This document shows, in pieces, positions 1-9,339 of a stretch of DNA of 20,000 bases. The notes beneath the pieces are model-generated. The model made no database searches, was not told the origin of the DNA, and saw only the letters and a list, made by a program, of their open reading frames with translations. Source of the DNA: an uncultured virus (IMG/VR IMGVR_UViG_3300037245_001434) (Duplodnaviria > Heunggongvirae > Uroviricota > Caudoviricetes); IMG/VR virus record IMGVR_UViG_3300037245_001434. One strand, written 5' to 3'. Numbering within the stretch: the stretch's first letter is position 1; each line of letters opens with the position of its first letter. A program made the position numbers and the translations under genes.

Positions 1-12
1 TGAGGTAAGCTA

Positions 13-624
13 ATGACGTCAACCAATTTTATCACAAAAGAATGCAGTAGCTGCGAAGATATTAAGCCGTTAAATGAGTTTTACAAAAGAAAATCATCTA
101 AAGATGGTTATCATTGCCATTGTAAATCATGCGTATCATTGAACGATGATGAATACAAAAGAACAAAAAAAGGCCTCGTTTTAAAAATATACAAATCTCA
201 AATATCAAGATCAAAAGCAAGGGGTTATGCTAAGCCTGATTATAGTCTTAATGAATTAAGAGAATGGGTATTTAGTCAAGATAATTTCAATGAGATATAT
301 GAATCGTGGGTTTTGTCTGATTATAAAAAGATGCTAATACCTTCTTGTGATAGATTAGATGATTACAAGCCATATAGCTTGCCAAACATTAGACTTGTAA
401 CGTGGCAAGAAAACAAAAGCAAATCTTATTGTGACAGAAAAAATGGCCTGAATAATAAACACAGTAAATATGTTGCACAGTTTAATATCGATGGTGAATT
501 GATAAGTGGATATTATTCGACAAAGCAAGCAGAGAGGGAAACAGGGGTGGCAAATACAAGCATTTCCGCTTGCTGTCTTGGGAAAAGAAAAACGGCAGGT
601 GGCTTTATATGGAAAAGAAGATAA
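13..624 (+). CDS. Free-standing HNH-like (His-Me) homing endonuclease with N-terminal Zn finger and C-terminal NUMOD1/IENR1 DNA-binding domain
   Basis: N-terminal CxxC...CxxC (KECSSC...CKSC); central PSCDRLDDYKPYSLPNIRLVTWQEN resembles the SxDRxD...N HNH-like core; C-terminal VAQFNIDGELI..YYSTKQAERETG...ISACCLGKRKTAGGFIW is NUMOD1-like; abuts terL. Confidence 0.75.
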   Translation: MTSTNFITKECSSCEDIKPLNEFYKRKSSKDGYHCHCKSCVSLNDDEYKRTKKGLVLKIYKSQISRSKARGYAKPDYSLNELREWVFSQDNFNEIYESWVLSDYKKMLIPSCDRLDDYKPYSLPNIRLVTWQENKSKSYCDRKNGLNNKHSKYVAQFNIDGELISGYYSTKQAERETGVANTSISACCLGKRKTAGGFIWKRR

Positions 625-2214
625 GTGGCTTTCAATTTCAAAAATCCCGACTACGACGAAGTATTCAGGTTAAGAGCTGGCAATCTAAATAAAATTAGAG
701 AGTCCCCAGCTAAACTGCCAGCAATAAAGAAATACTACTCCACTAACTACGCCGACTTCATAGAGGATTGGATATTAACCATTGATCCTCGTGTAGCTGG
801 TCGCCCTACCATCATGCCGTTTCTTCTGTTCCCTAAGCAGAGAGAGTTTATCGAGTGGCTATATCAGCATAGGCTTGACGGTAAAGACGGATTGGTTGAG
901 AAAACTCGTGATTCTGGCTTCACCTACATGTGCGGTGCGTTTGCGATATGTGAGTGGATTTTCTGTTCTGGATCTAAGATTGGCTTTGGCTCAAGAAAGC
1001 AAGACCTAGTAGACAGAACGGGCGACCCAGATTCAATATTTGAAAAGCTTCGGTTCATGATTAGGACTTTGCCAGATGAGTTCCTGCCAGAAGGATTAAG
1101 CGAGAGGAAGCACTTTTCTTTTATGCGGATATTAAATCCTGTTAATGGATCGGCCATTACTGGAGAGGCTGGCGATAATATCGGAAGAGGAGGGAGATCT
1201 AGCTGCTATTTTAAAGATGAAAGTAGTTTTTATGAACGGCCAAAGCTAATTGATGCCGCATTGTCTCAAAACACCAAGTGCCAAATAGACATATCAACCG
1301 TTAACGGGGTAGGAAACCCTTTTTTCCTAAAAAGACACAGGATGCCTGCTGAAGACGTTTTTATCTTCGATTGGAGGGACGACCCTAGAAAGGACGATGA
1401 GTGGTATGCCGATCAATGCCAAAGACATTCACCCGAGATTGTAGCCCAAGAGATTGATCGTGATTACTTTGCCTCTACTGAAGGAATATGTATTCCTGCA
1501 AAATATGTCAAAGCCGCTGTAAACTTTGCTGAGAAGATGGAAATAGAGCCAAGTGGTAAAGTAATAGCCGGGTTCGATCCTGCTGATGATGATGAAAGCT
1601 CAGATCCTAAAGGTATGATTATTAGGAAGGGGATTAGCGTATATCATGCTGAAGAGTGGAAGGCTGGCAATGTCACCGAATCAACTCGGCGAGTCTATGG
1701 CGTATGCAAGGATGAGCGTGTTGAGGTGTTACACTATGACTCTATTGGCCTTGGTGCTGGCGTAAAGGGCGAGATCAAGTCACTCGTTCAGTTGAATGTT
1801 AAGTCGCCATATAATCTAACAGCGCGGGGCATTAATGTAGGCAAGCCGCCCACAAAGGACGAATACTACGAAGAGGATAAGCTCTGTGTTGACATGTTCG
1901 CTAATCTTAAGGCTGAATTGTATACTAAGCTATCACGTAGATTCAGGCGCACCTATGAGGTTGTTAATGATATCAAGGATCACCCGTTTGATGATTGTAT
2001 CTCTATTCCTGACAATCAACAGCTTATTGCTGAACTATCCTCATTCAAGAGTGGGCATAACGAAGCAGGAAAGGTTGCGATAGAATCAAAAGCAGCACTT
2101 GCAAGGCGTGGCGTTCCATCACCAAACATAGCAGAGGCGTTGGCCGTGGCATTTGATCAGATACAGATTAGCACCGCCGAGGCAATGGCATCGACAAGAG
2201 TTAGGATATTTTAA
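625..2214 (+). CDS. terL: Terminase large subunit
   Basis: 529 aa; ATPase motifs (LFPKQREF, VEKTRDSGFT, Walker B YFKDES, ISTVNG) and RNase H-like nuclease (GFDPAD, HYDSIGLGAG, SPNIAEALA); upstream of portal; GTG start directly after the previous stop. Confidence 0.93.
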   Translation: MAFNFKNPDYDEVFRLRAGNLNKIRESPAKLPAIKKYYSTNYADFIEDWILTIDPRVAGRPTIMPFLLFPKQREFIEWLYQHRLDGKDGLVEKTRDSGFTYMCGAFAICEWIFCSGSKIGFGSRKQDLVDRTGDPDSIFEKLRFMIRTLPDEFLPEGLSERKHFSFMRILNPVNGSAITGEAGDNIGRGGRSSCYFKDESSFYERPKLIDAALSQNTKCQIDISTVNGVGNPFFLKRHRMPAEDVFIFDWRDDPRKDDEWYADQCQRHSPEIVAQEIDRDYFASTEGICIPAKYVKAAVNFAEKMEIEPSGKVIAGFDPADDDESSDPKGMIIRKGISVYHAEEWKAGNVTESTRRVYGVCKDERVEVLHYDSIGLGAGVKGEIKSLVQLNVKSPYNLTARGINVGKPPTKDEYYEEDKLCVDMFANLKAELYTKLSRRFRRTYEVVNDIKDHPFDDCISIPDNQQLIAELSSFKSGHNEAGKVAIESKAALARRGVPSPNIAEALAVAFDQIQISTAEAMASTRVRIF

Positions 2215-3650
2215 TGGGCACTGTAAACCAAACTGACATCTATATTAAGCAGCTGAAGAGTATGACTCGACAGGATAGATGGGTAAACGAGCGGAATAGT
2301 TTCGGCGGGTCTAATGATCCCATGGTGAATACCGCGTTCTATCGTGAGAATGCCTTAGCCCGTGGTGAGCTTGAGGCTATGTACTCGCAGGATTGGTTAG
2401 CGCGTCGGGTTATTGACATAATCGGTAAGGACGCTACTCGCAATTGGATCAGTATCACAGCAGGCCAAAACAAAGACAAAGCCGAGAAGATTGAGAAAGA
2501 GCTACGCCGGTTAAACGTTCGCGAGAAAGTAAACGAGGCTATCAGGCTTGGTCGGCTGCATGGTGGAGCGCTTCTGATTGTTGGCGCGTTTGATGGCCAA
2601 GAAACAGATATGCCGCTTAATAAGGTTAGATCTGTTGAGTTCTTTGATGCTGTAGACCGCTGGCAGACATTCCCGCAGCGATACTATACCGACGAAAACA
2701 GCATGAACTATGGCATGCCTGAAACGTACCTCATTAACAGAATTCAGGTTAGAGGCACAACTACAGCTATCGTCCATGAATCGCGAGTAATCCGCTTTGA
2801 CGGTCACTACCTACCGCCTATTGAACGAATGAGAAACCTAGGCTGGCATGCTTCAGTTCTGGAAAACCTCAAATCAGAGCTAAAGAGCTTCGGAACATCC
2901 AACCAAGCAGCCAGTTCAATCATTCAGGACTTCATAACAAAGAAAGTCCAGATTAAGAACCTGCGTGAGCTATTGCTAAACGATAAGGGTGAGGCTCAGC
3001 TAATGGCCCGCCTTGCTACTCTCGCTTATGGGATGTCGATTCATAACATTGCTATCTTTGGTGATGATGAGCAGTTTGAGAAGATGGGAACGCCTCTCAC
3101 GGGGCTAGATAAGATACTCACTCATTTCATTGATATCGTCTCTGCTGCTGCCGAGATACCAAAGGGCCGCCTATTCCACAATCAGTCTGGGATACTCGGC
3201 GGTGATGCTGGTGGCAGTGATCTGCGTGTTCACTACGACAATATTGGAGCGTATCAAGAGAATGATCTACGACCTAAGCTAAAAACCATCATTGATGTTG
3301 TAGCAGAGGGTATTGGCGTTGATAGTGCTGATGTGGAGTTTGAGTTCAACCCATTGTGGATGTTGTCAGAGCTAGAAGAGTCTACAGTTCGCAAGAATAT
3401 TGCTGATTCTGATGCTGCCTATATTACAGCTGGAGTTGTTGAGGCCGAAGAGGTCGCACTATCTCGATTTGGTGGTGACGGGATCAACCTTGATGAAATG
3501 ACCATTGATACAGATCGAAGAGAAAAGTATCTTGAGCAGCTGTCAAAGCAAGAGATTGATCTTGATGAGGGTGATGTAGATGATGACGTTAGTAGTGGCG
3601 AAGAGCTTGAAGGTGAAGTGAATGTTAAAAACAACGAGGAAAAACCATGA
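2214..3650 (+). CDS. Portal protein, DUF1073/HI1409 family
   Basis: 478 aa after terL (TAATG overlap); MYSQDWLARRVIDI, RLHGGA, VHESRVIRF, AAAEIPKGRLF, FNPLW motifs typical of DUF1073 portals; acidic tail. Confidence 0.88.
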   Translation: MGTVNQTDIYIKQLKSMTRQDRWVNERNSFGGSNDPMVNTAFYRENALARGELEAMYSQDWLARRVIDIIGKDATRNWISITAGQNKDKAEKIEKELRRLNVREKVNEAIRLGRLHGGALLIVGAFDGQETDMPLNKVRSVEFFDAVDRWQTFPQRYYTDENSMNYGMPETYLINRIQVRGTTTAIVHESRVIRFDGHYLPPIERMRNLGWHASVLENLKSELKSFGTSNQAASSIIQDFITKKVQIKNLRELLLNDKGEAQLMARLATLAYGMSIHNIAIFGDDEQFEKMGTPLTGLDKILTHFIDIVSAAAEIPKGRLFHNQSGILGGDAGGSDLRVHYDNIGAYQENDLRPKLKTIIDVVAEGIGVDSADVEFEFNPLWMLSELEESTVRKNIADSDAAYITAGVVEAEEVALSRFGGDGINLDEMTIDTDRREKYLEQLSKQEIDLDEGDVDDDVSSGEELEGEVNVKNNEEKP

Positions 3651-3997
3651 GTGAAAAAGATATTGAGCAAGAAATCAAAGACAAAGGTTTAACTGCCCCG
3701 CGTCTCACCCCCGCCCTTATCGATGCAACTATTGCTAGTGAGGATTACCATGTTTTTGAGGGCAGTCAGTTGACCGTATGCTGCTTGACTCTTCAAAATG
3801 GGTTTACCGTGACGGGCGAGAGCGCATGTGCTAGCCCTGAAAACTTCAATGCAGAGATAGGTCAGAAGATTGCAAGAGAGAACGCCAGAGGTAAAATTTG
3901 GGCTCTTGAAGGCTATCTGCTAAAGCAAGCGCTAAGCAAAAACCTACTATGCGTTGCCGTTGGTGTGGAGATTGATCGCGATTATAGCGCCAAATAA
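3647..3997 (+). CDS. N4 Gp49 / Sf6 gp66 family protein (PF13876-like; Acb4-type nucleotide-signal sponge family)
   Basis: TAPRLTP...LTVCCLTLQNGFTVTGESACASPENFNAEIGQKIARENA..KIWALEGYLL is the recognisable family signature; ATGA overlap with portal. Confidence 0.85.
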   Translation: MSEKDIEQEIKDKGLTAPRLTPALIDATIASEDYHVFEGSQLTVCCLTLQNGFTVTGESACASPENFNAEIGQKIARENARGKIWALEGYLLKQALSKNLLCVAVGVEIDRDYSAK

Positions 3998-4795
3998 ATG
4001 GCCCGTAGAATCCCAAAGCTGAAAAGCACTATTAGTGACGAACAGCGCTACGAAGCCTCTATCAAGGTGATGATTAACGACCTGAGAAAGCTAACTAGAC
4101 GACACGTAGAGCCTTCCCTAGAATCGATAGTCGATAAGGTGGCTATCAGGGTAGATGAAGAAGCCGGAGTTATTGACACGGCCATAGGTAAGCTCAGAGC
4201 GTCATTTTCTCGCATGTATTCGCCAAGAGACTACCGTAGAGCAGCCAAAGCAGCCGCTGACCGTACAAACAAGACCAATATATCTAACCATGCCGCTTTG
4301 ATGAAGTTTGTCGTTAAAGCGGACGTGGTTAAGTTTGAGTCTTGGTTGGATTCAGAGATTAAGAGCTTCGTTAATCAGAATGTTTCACTGATTGAGTCTC
4401 TGCCTGAAACCACCATGCAAGATATTGAACAGATGCTTTATCGTGAGTCTCGGCGTGGGTTATCTCCTAAAGAACTCAAGGCAGCGATTAAGGAAAAGTT
4501 CAAAGCTACTGACAATCAAGCCAAGCTAATTGCACGGGATCAGGTGAGTAAGTTCAATGGGTCACTAACTGAGCTTAGGCAGAAGAACGCCGGAATCACT
4601 CACTATGAGTGGCTTACCTCTGATGATGGCAGGGTGAGACCTGATCATGACAGGCTAAATCATACTATTCAGGCTTGGGATAGCCCGCCTATAACGGTGA
4701 CAACTGGCAAAAGAGCTGGAGAAAGAAACCACCCAAATGGTGATATTTTATGTAGATGTATCGCTGCGCCGATCATCCCAAAGCGCGGTAAATAG
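3998..4795 (+). CDS. Minor head / head morphogenesis protein (SPP1 gp7 / MuF family)
   Basis: AKLIARDQVSKFN, YEWLTSDDGRVRPDH, HPNGDILCRCIA motifs; position after portal. Confidence 0.92.
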   Translation: MARRIPKLKSTISDEQRYEASIKVMINDLRKLTRRHVEPSLESIVDKVAIRVDEEAGVIDTAIGKLRASFSRMYSPRDYRRAAKAAADRTNKTNISNHAALMKFVVKADVVKFESWLDSEIKSFVNQNVSLIESLPETTMQDIEQMLYRESRRGLSPKELKAAIKEKFKATDNQAKLIARDQVSKFNGSLTELRQKNAGITHYEWLTSDDGRVRPDHDRLNHTIQAWDSPPITVTTGKRAGERNHPNGDILCRCIAAPIIPKRGK

Positions 4796-4810
4796 TGCCG
4801 CGTTATATTT
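4782..4810 (+). terminator. Hairpin at the convergence of + and - transcription units (possible terminator)
   Basis: AGCGCGGTA-AATAG-TGCCGCGTT stem followed by ATATTT; weak U-tract. Confidence 0.4.
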
Positions 4811-4856
4811 ATACATCATCACCGACGCGGCCAGCGGGGAAATTGTAGTATATCAG

Positions 4857-5129
4857 TTATTCTTTGGAGTCACCGGTAAAGCTTCTGATTTTAAGGCTTG
4901 AAATCTCTATATCCCACTGACTATCAATTGAATACCCTTCTTCCATTCTACTACCGCCAAACCTGTATCCCTGATCCTTCATTTCTTTGGGCATAGCGTC
5001 CTCTGCTTTTTGCATGGCAATTTCGCTACCTTCATCAGAAATAAGAGATCCTACGATTTCCGGTATTTCAGAATCCTTGGGGCAGTAAAAATATATATAT
5101 AAATCATTCGCTTTCTCTCCACCAGTCAA
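4857..5129 (-). CDS. Hypothetical protein
   Basis: 90-aa ORF in a tightly packed - strand run; start uncertain. Confidence 0.5.
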   Translation of the reverse strand: MTGGEKANDLYIYFYCPKDSEIPEIVGSLISDEGSEIAMQKAEDAMPKEMKDQGYRFGGSRMEEGYSIDSQWDIEISSLKIRSFTGDSKE

Positions 5130-5150
5130 AGGTGGTGCATACCTGTAAAT

Positions 5151-5360
5151 TCATTGCTCAGCCTCATGTTTAGCCAGCCAGAGTAGAAATATGTAGTAGC
5201 ATGCGCTATCAACGCTATATCCAGGCATGACTTTTAGTTTTCCGCCAAGCGAATCAATGATGTTTTGCGGGTCTTGAGTGGTTACTCTTCTGTGTAATGA
5301 TACCTTCTCAAATCTTTCAATTTGCCGCTGTAGTTCGTCTTGTAGTTTGCTGTCACTCAT
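5151..5360 (-). CDS. Hypothetical protein
   Basis: 69-aa ORF with AGGA upstream of the ATG. Confidence 0.6.
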   Translation of the reverse strand: MSDSKLQDELQRQIERFEKVSLHRRVTTQDPQNIIDSLGGKLKVMPGYSVDSACYYIFLLWLAKHEAEQ

Positions 5361-5396
5361 TGGTCTATTCCTGTTGTTCCGAAGCGCGGGTGATGG

Positions 5397-6098
5397 TTAT
5401 GGTTCAAGCGAAACCTTAAAATCACGTAGTTCGATCTTGTCACCACAATCCCACTCTTCTATCTCTGGATGCTTCTCTGAAAGAAAGATGGTCTTGTTGC
5501 AATCACATGAATAGTTGCCATCAAAAAACATGAATCTAGCTGAGTCCTCACCAAAATCATATCCAAAATCATATTCATACGGAAACTCTCTGCCATCTGG
5601 CAAGGCCATCACCATTCGCGCAATAGTTCTAAACCTGACTTGATTTCCCTCTTCTTCTTTAAATGCGATTGTAACTTTGTGAGTTTCAGCAAAACCAATA
5701 AGCTTGGCTTTAAATTCAGACCGATCATTTGAAGTAGGAAACCAGAAGTCCCTTTCTTTTATTCCAAGGTATCGCTCTACTAGATTATCGTTGGTAATCT
5801 GACCACGGAACCCAAGGTAGTATTCAAAGTCGCCTACATCAGAAGCGTTAAAGGTGATTTCATGCTCACGTACCGCGCCTGGAAGCCTAGCGTTTACTTC
5901 ACCGTTAAATAGTCCATTACAGATAAGCCCATCGACAACAGCCTTATCTAGTACAGCCTCAATCTTCCCTGTAATTTCATCAATGCCCTTACCTTCAATA
6001 GCCGCATTAACTCTACTGGCTATTTCTTCGATTCTGTCGGCCTCGTCATCTGGGGTGACTTTATGCCAGTTGCGTACTTCGTTATCAATTTCACTCAT
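5397..6098 (-). CDS. Hypothetical protein with C-terminal NYSCDCN...C putative metal-binding motif
   Basis: Long ORF; start moved to ATG 6098 (MSEIDNEV), which has AGGA upstream and overlaps the upstream stop. Confidence 0.75.
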   Translation of the reverse strand: MSEIDNEVRNWHKVTPDDEADRIEEIASRVNAAIEGKGIDEITGKIEAVLDKAVVDGLICNGLFNGEVNARLPGAVREHEITFNASDVGDFEYYLGFRGQITNDNLVERYLGIKERDFWFPTSNDRSEFKAKLIGFAETHKVTIAFKEEEGNQVRFRTIARMVMALPDGREFPYEYDFGYDFGEDSARFMFFDGNYSCDCNKTIFLSEKHPEIEEWDCGDKIELRDFKVSLEP

Positions 6099-6312
6099 GA
6101 TTTTTCCTAATCCACCCCAGCTGATCCATTTCGTGATCGTCGAGAGATTCAATTGTTTGGTCTCTGTCTAATACGATAATCATGACACGCTTTAGCTTTC
6201 TCCTTGATATCTCCTCCGCAAACTGGTCAAGCATCACTATCTCTGCGTCTCCTGATATTACTAGGGTGCTGCCATCGGTTACGCCTATTAGGTGTGTTTC
6301 CATATCGCTCAT
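6091..6312 (-). CDS. Hypothetical protein
   Basis: ATG at 6312 preceded by GGAG; packs between neighbours. Confidence 0.6.
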   Translation of the reverse strand: MSDMETHLIGVTDGSTLVISGDAEIVMLDQFAEEISRRKLKRVMIIVLDRDQTIESLDDHEMDQLGWIRKNHE

Positions 6313-6326
6313 GACTTTACTCCAAT

Positions 6327-6638
6327 TCAGCCAAAGACTTTCCGACAAAGATTATTATAGTGATCTCCCATCTCTTCATCGAACTGCCTAGGGATAATCT
6401 TCATTGCCTTAATAATATATCTAGTAGAGTCAGGTCTGGTAAATCCAGGCATATACCCATGTTTAGAATATGATTCTTTGGTTATTTCAACAACAGTATA
6501 GTTATTGCCTATTAGCTCGATAATGCGGTCACCAGACATAGCGCTATCTAGTAGATCTTGTTCATGCTTATTTTCCTTTATCGAGTCGCTATATAGGACT
6601 AGGGTTAGGTCGTGTTCTGGCTTGAGTATGTCGCTCAT
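6327..6638 (-). CDS. Hypothetical protein
   Basis: 103 aa; ATGA overlap with upstream gene. Confidence 0.65.
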   Translation of the reverse strand: MSDILKPEHDLTLVLYSDSIKENKHEQDLLDSAMSGDRIIELIGNNYTVVEITKESYSKHGYMPGFTRPDSTRYIIKAMKIIPRQFDEEMGDHYNNLCRKVFG

Positions 6639-6946
6639 TGTCTTTCCTTGAAGTTATTAAATAGTCTCTGCACAGATCGCGAATTACTACCGGATGGGTG
6701 GCAAGCGCTCTTAGCTATCTCAATAAACAAATTACAATGCATCGTAAGATCTTTATGGTCAAACCAAGCGTGCTTAGTTTCTTCACCTACCATCCACTGT
6801 ACGGCATATTGAACTTGATGTTCTGGGTAGTGCTGACCTTCATTGAGACTGACTTCCTGTATAAAGCCTACGTCACCACCCTCATTCGTCACTACGTCAA
6901 ATGGCTTGTATGACCATTCAAGGGTTTCTTTTGAAATGCTACTCAT
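6635..6946 (-). CDS. Hypothetical protein
   Basis: 103 aa; AGGAG SD; ATGA overlap. Confidence 0.75.
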   Translation of the reverse strand: MSSISKETLEWSYKPFDVVTNEGGDVGFIQEVSLNEGQHYPEHQVQYAVQWMVGEETKHAWFDHKDLTMHCNLFIEIAKSACHPSGSNSRSVQRLFNNFKERQ

Positions 6947-7680
6947 GACTTATCTCCTAGCTTAAATTCAAGCGGTACACCGCACCCACTACAGTAGTTA
7001 TCATTTTTTGCTAGAGTGGTTATCCCGCACTTAGGGCATTCATATGTGACGTAATACATTTCCTCTACGCCTTGCAAGTGATTATCCGTCACAGTAGCGA
7101 TACACTCATCCTCTGCTGACACAAGATTGCTTAATTCAGCCCATACTTTGTAACCATTAGAAAACTCAACCATACCAAGACCTGATTCGATATCATGCTG
7201 TATTAATGCGCACCTCTCGCCAGCAGGCATAACAGTATCTGGATCAACTAACCCCCCAAGTAGCGGCAAGTCTCTTTTTAGAGAGTATATCTTGGTGTCG
7301 CAATACTTGTCTGTCGCGTCCATTTCCTCATCGGTATCGTAGTGTTCAGGTAGCGATTTACTTAGTCGCTCAATCAGCTGCTCAACATCCCTATTCTCCC
7401 AGACTGCAAAGAGCTGGTCTTTATCAAAGCAACCATCTCTGCATAGAGTTTCAAAGTCCATGCTAAAGCTCTCGCCAGATCTTGAGTTATGAAGTAGCTC
7501 CACCTCCTCATCAGAACTTCTTGCCTCCACAGAGGTAGCAATTTCGTTATAGAAAAAGTCACCGCTATCTAATATTGAATCACACTTTATTAGTAGATCC
7601 TCGAAGCAGCAAGACTCATACTTAGAAAACACGGTATTAGCTGGCAGCTTTAGAAACTCATCTAGGTTTACTATTTTCAT
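6943..7680 (-). CDS. Hypothetical protein with C-terminal Zn ribbon
   Basis: 245 aa; CPKCG...NYCSGCG at the C-terminus; AGGA upstream. Confidence 0.75.
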   Translation of the reverse strand: MKIVNLDEFLKLPANTVFSKYESCCFEDLLIKCDSILDSGDFFYNEIATSVEARSSDEEVELLHNSRSGESFSMDFETLCRDGCFDKDQLFAVWENRDVEQLIERLSKSLPEHYDTDEEMDATDKYCDTKIYSLKRDLPLLGGLVDPDTVMPAGERCALIQHDIESGLGMVEFSNGYKVWAELSNLVSAEDECIATVTDNHLQGVEEMYYVTYECPKCGITTLAKNDNYCSGCGVPLEFKLGDKS

Positions 7681-7694
7681 TCTATTTGTCCTAG

Positions 7695-8039
7695 TTAGAT
7701 TTTAAACGCGCCACGAAAATTTGGTGGCGCGTCAACATTGCGAATTAAGCAGTGATCTTTCATGTTCTTCATCTGCTCGATCAACCCTCTAAATTCACCA
7801 TCACCAATATCATAAAACCGCACGTAGGCTTGGTTTCTGTAAACTCCAGTCAGTATGATGGTGTTATTGCCTCTCATCCCTATATCAGCATCAACCCGAG
7901 TATATTTCTTGAGTTCCGCAACCTTGCGTTCTACAAACATTTCATGACGCCGTAAGTCAGCCAGTAGTAATCTGTTCTCGTTTTCAATGGCTGTGATACC
8001 AAGCGTTTTCTTAATCCAGTTTTTAATCCGCTCTTTCAC
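7695..8039 (-). CDS. Hypothetical protein
   Basis: 114 aa; AAGGAG SD; GTGA overlap. Confidence 0.7.
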   Translation of the reverse strand: MKERIKNWIKKTLGITAIENENRLLLADLRRHEMFVERKVAELKKYTRVDADIGMRGNNTIILTGVYRNQAYVRFYDIGDGEFRGLIEQMKNMKDHCLIRNVDAPPNFRGAFKI

Positions 8040-8455
8040 TTTGATTCACTCCTTACTTTAAGTAACAAAGCGGCCCCGTCATAAATTGACTGCTTTGTAG
8101 AATTAAGACATATATGCTCAAAATCTGGTATATGCGCCCACAAATAAGCTTCAAAATCATCGCAGCATTTAAACTCACGCAAGATACTCTCATGCTCTTG
8201 AAAGTCTTTGCTGGCATCTGAGCTGCTATGTTCTATCCACCAATGCGTACATGGATAATGCCACTCGTCGCGCCAGTATGGTGGCTTTCCTACTATCGCC
8301 ACATGATCAGTAGCCATGCGCTTTATAACGCGCACCCGCTCAAATTTAAGCCACGTCCACGGCTTTAAAAGCTCGCCGCAATATCTCCACTTTGGTTTCT
8401 GGTTAAAGGTAACGTCGTAGCCTACAGATGCTTCTGGTATGTTTGGTTCTTTCAT
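8036..8455 (-). CDS. Hypothetical protein
   Basis: 139 aa; ATGA overlap with upstream gene. Confidence 0.7.
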   Translation of the reverse strand: MKEPNIPEASVGYDVTFNQKPKWRYCGELLKPWTWLKFERVRVIKRMATDHVAIVGKPPYWRDEWHYPCTHWWIEHSSSDASKDFQEHESILREFKCCDDFEAYLWAHIPDFEHICLNSTKQSIYDGAALLLKVRSESK

Positions 8456-8895
8456 TTTCCACCTTCCAATTTCACCTGGATATTAACAAGCCTACTTTGA
8501 CGATAAATTGCTATGTAGTCGTAGGTTATTGGACGCTCAACAGTTATGCCGAGATCTGCAATGTGGCTAAGTTCAGGCTCATTAGCCAGAAGATACTTAG
8601 TGCTTTCGTCTGATGGGTGAATTAGTAAGCTGCTATCTACTGCGTCAAATAGCTTCTCATCAGCGTAGATTCGACCATAAGTGCCTGCATCGGTTATTTT
8701 GATCGTCGGGCTATCACTCTCTACCCATGCAATATCCCGCTTAGGGCTATACAGCTTACCCTCAAACACAATCCAGCCGTCACGAATCCAAGGGGTAACA
8801 GACTGCGGATTCTTTAGCCCCATTGCTCGAGCAAAGGCGGCATTGTTCCCGCCGTGGCATCGTTTGATGTAGTCTCTTAGGGGTTCTGCTTCCAT
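8452..8895 (-). CDS. Cro-like HTH protein with additional C-terminal region
   Basis: LRDYIKRCHGGNNAAFARAMGLKNPQSVTPWI is a Cro/XRE-type helix-turn-helix; GAGG SD. Confidence 0.65.
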   Translation of the reverse strand: MEAEPLRDYIKRCHGGNNAAFARAMGLKNPQSVTPWIRDGWIVFEGKLYSPKRDIAWVESDSPTIKITDAGTYGRIYADEKLFDAVDSSLLIHPSDESTKYLLANEPELSHIADLGITVERPITYDYIAIYRQSRLVNIQVKLEGGK

Positions 8896-9068
8896 TAAGT
8901 ATCCTCTAATGCGTTATTTATCAGCTTAACCATAAATGCTGCATTTGCGTCTGCTTTGTCACTCATTCCAATGAACGAGACCAAGTTATCATCAGCGTCA
9001 TAGATGGCTGTATATACCGCAGTTCTAGCCACCCTTACAGGAGGCGTTATGTTTATGTTAAATTGCAC
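8895..9068 (-). CDS. Small hypothetical protein (57 aa, absent from the ORF track)
   Basis: GTG start, MQFNINITPPVRVARTAVYTAIYDADDNLVSF...ALEDT*; TAATG coupling to the Cro-like gene; fills the gap exactly. Confidence 0.55.
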   Translation of the reverse strand: MQFNINITPPVRVARTAVYTAIYDADDNLVSFIGMSDKADANAAFMVKLINNALEDT

Positions 9069-9261
9069 CCTTAGATCTCAAGAATTCTTTTTGCTCAGCC
9101 TGGGTGCTGAATAAGTATGCAACTAGAAGCCCCTCCATTTTCACGCTGAAAGCTGCAAAGCTTACGCGAGCCGTTGATATTTCAGCCCCACTCGATTCTA
9201 GGCTATCAATGGAGATTTCTTCATTGCACCACTTACTTCCGTCTATTAGAGCTGAATACAT
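9058..9261 (-). CDS. Hypothetical protein
   Basis: 67 aa; first gene after the promoter at 9301-9329. Confidence 0.6.
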   Translation of the reverse strand: MYSALIDGSKWCNEEISIDSLESSGAEISTARVSFAAFSVKMEGLLVAYLFSTQAEQKEFLRSKGAI

Positions 9262-9300
9262 TGTCTTGTTCCCGTTGGTTATTGCCTTAACTTGGATACA

Positions 9301-9339
9301 AGTATAAACGCTACTGCTTTATATGTAAAGCTTTTTTAT
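9301..9339 (-). promoter_or_regulatory. Sigma70-type promoter with A-rich UP element
   Basis: - strand ATAAAAAAGC-TTTACA(9329-9324)-N17-TATACT(9306-9301). Confidence 0.7.

Noticed and set aside
2214..3650. Portal as anti-CBASS Acb1 nuclease (a label sometimes attached to DUF1073 proteins)
   Set aside because: No appended 2H-phosphoesterase domain with paired HxT/S motifs; size and position fit a plain portal.
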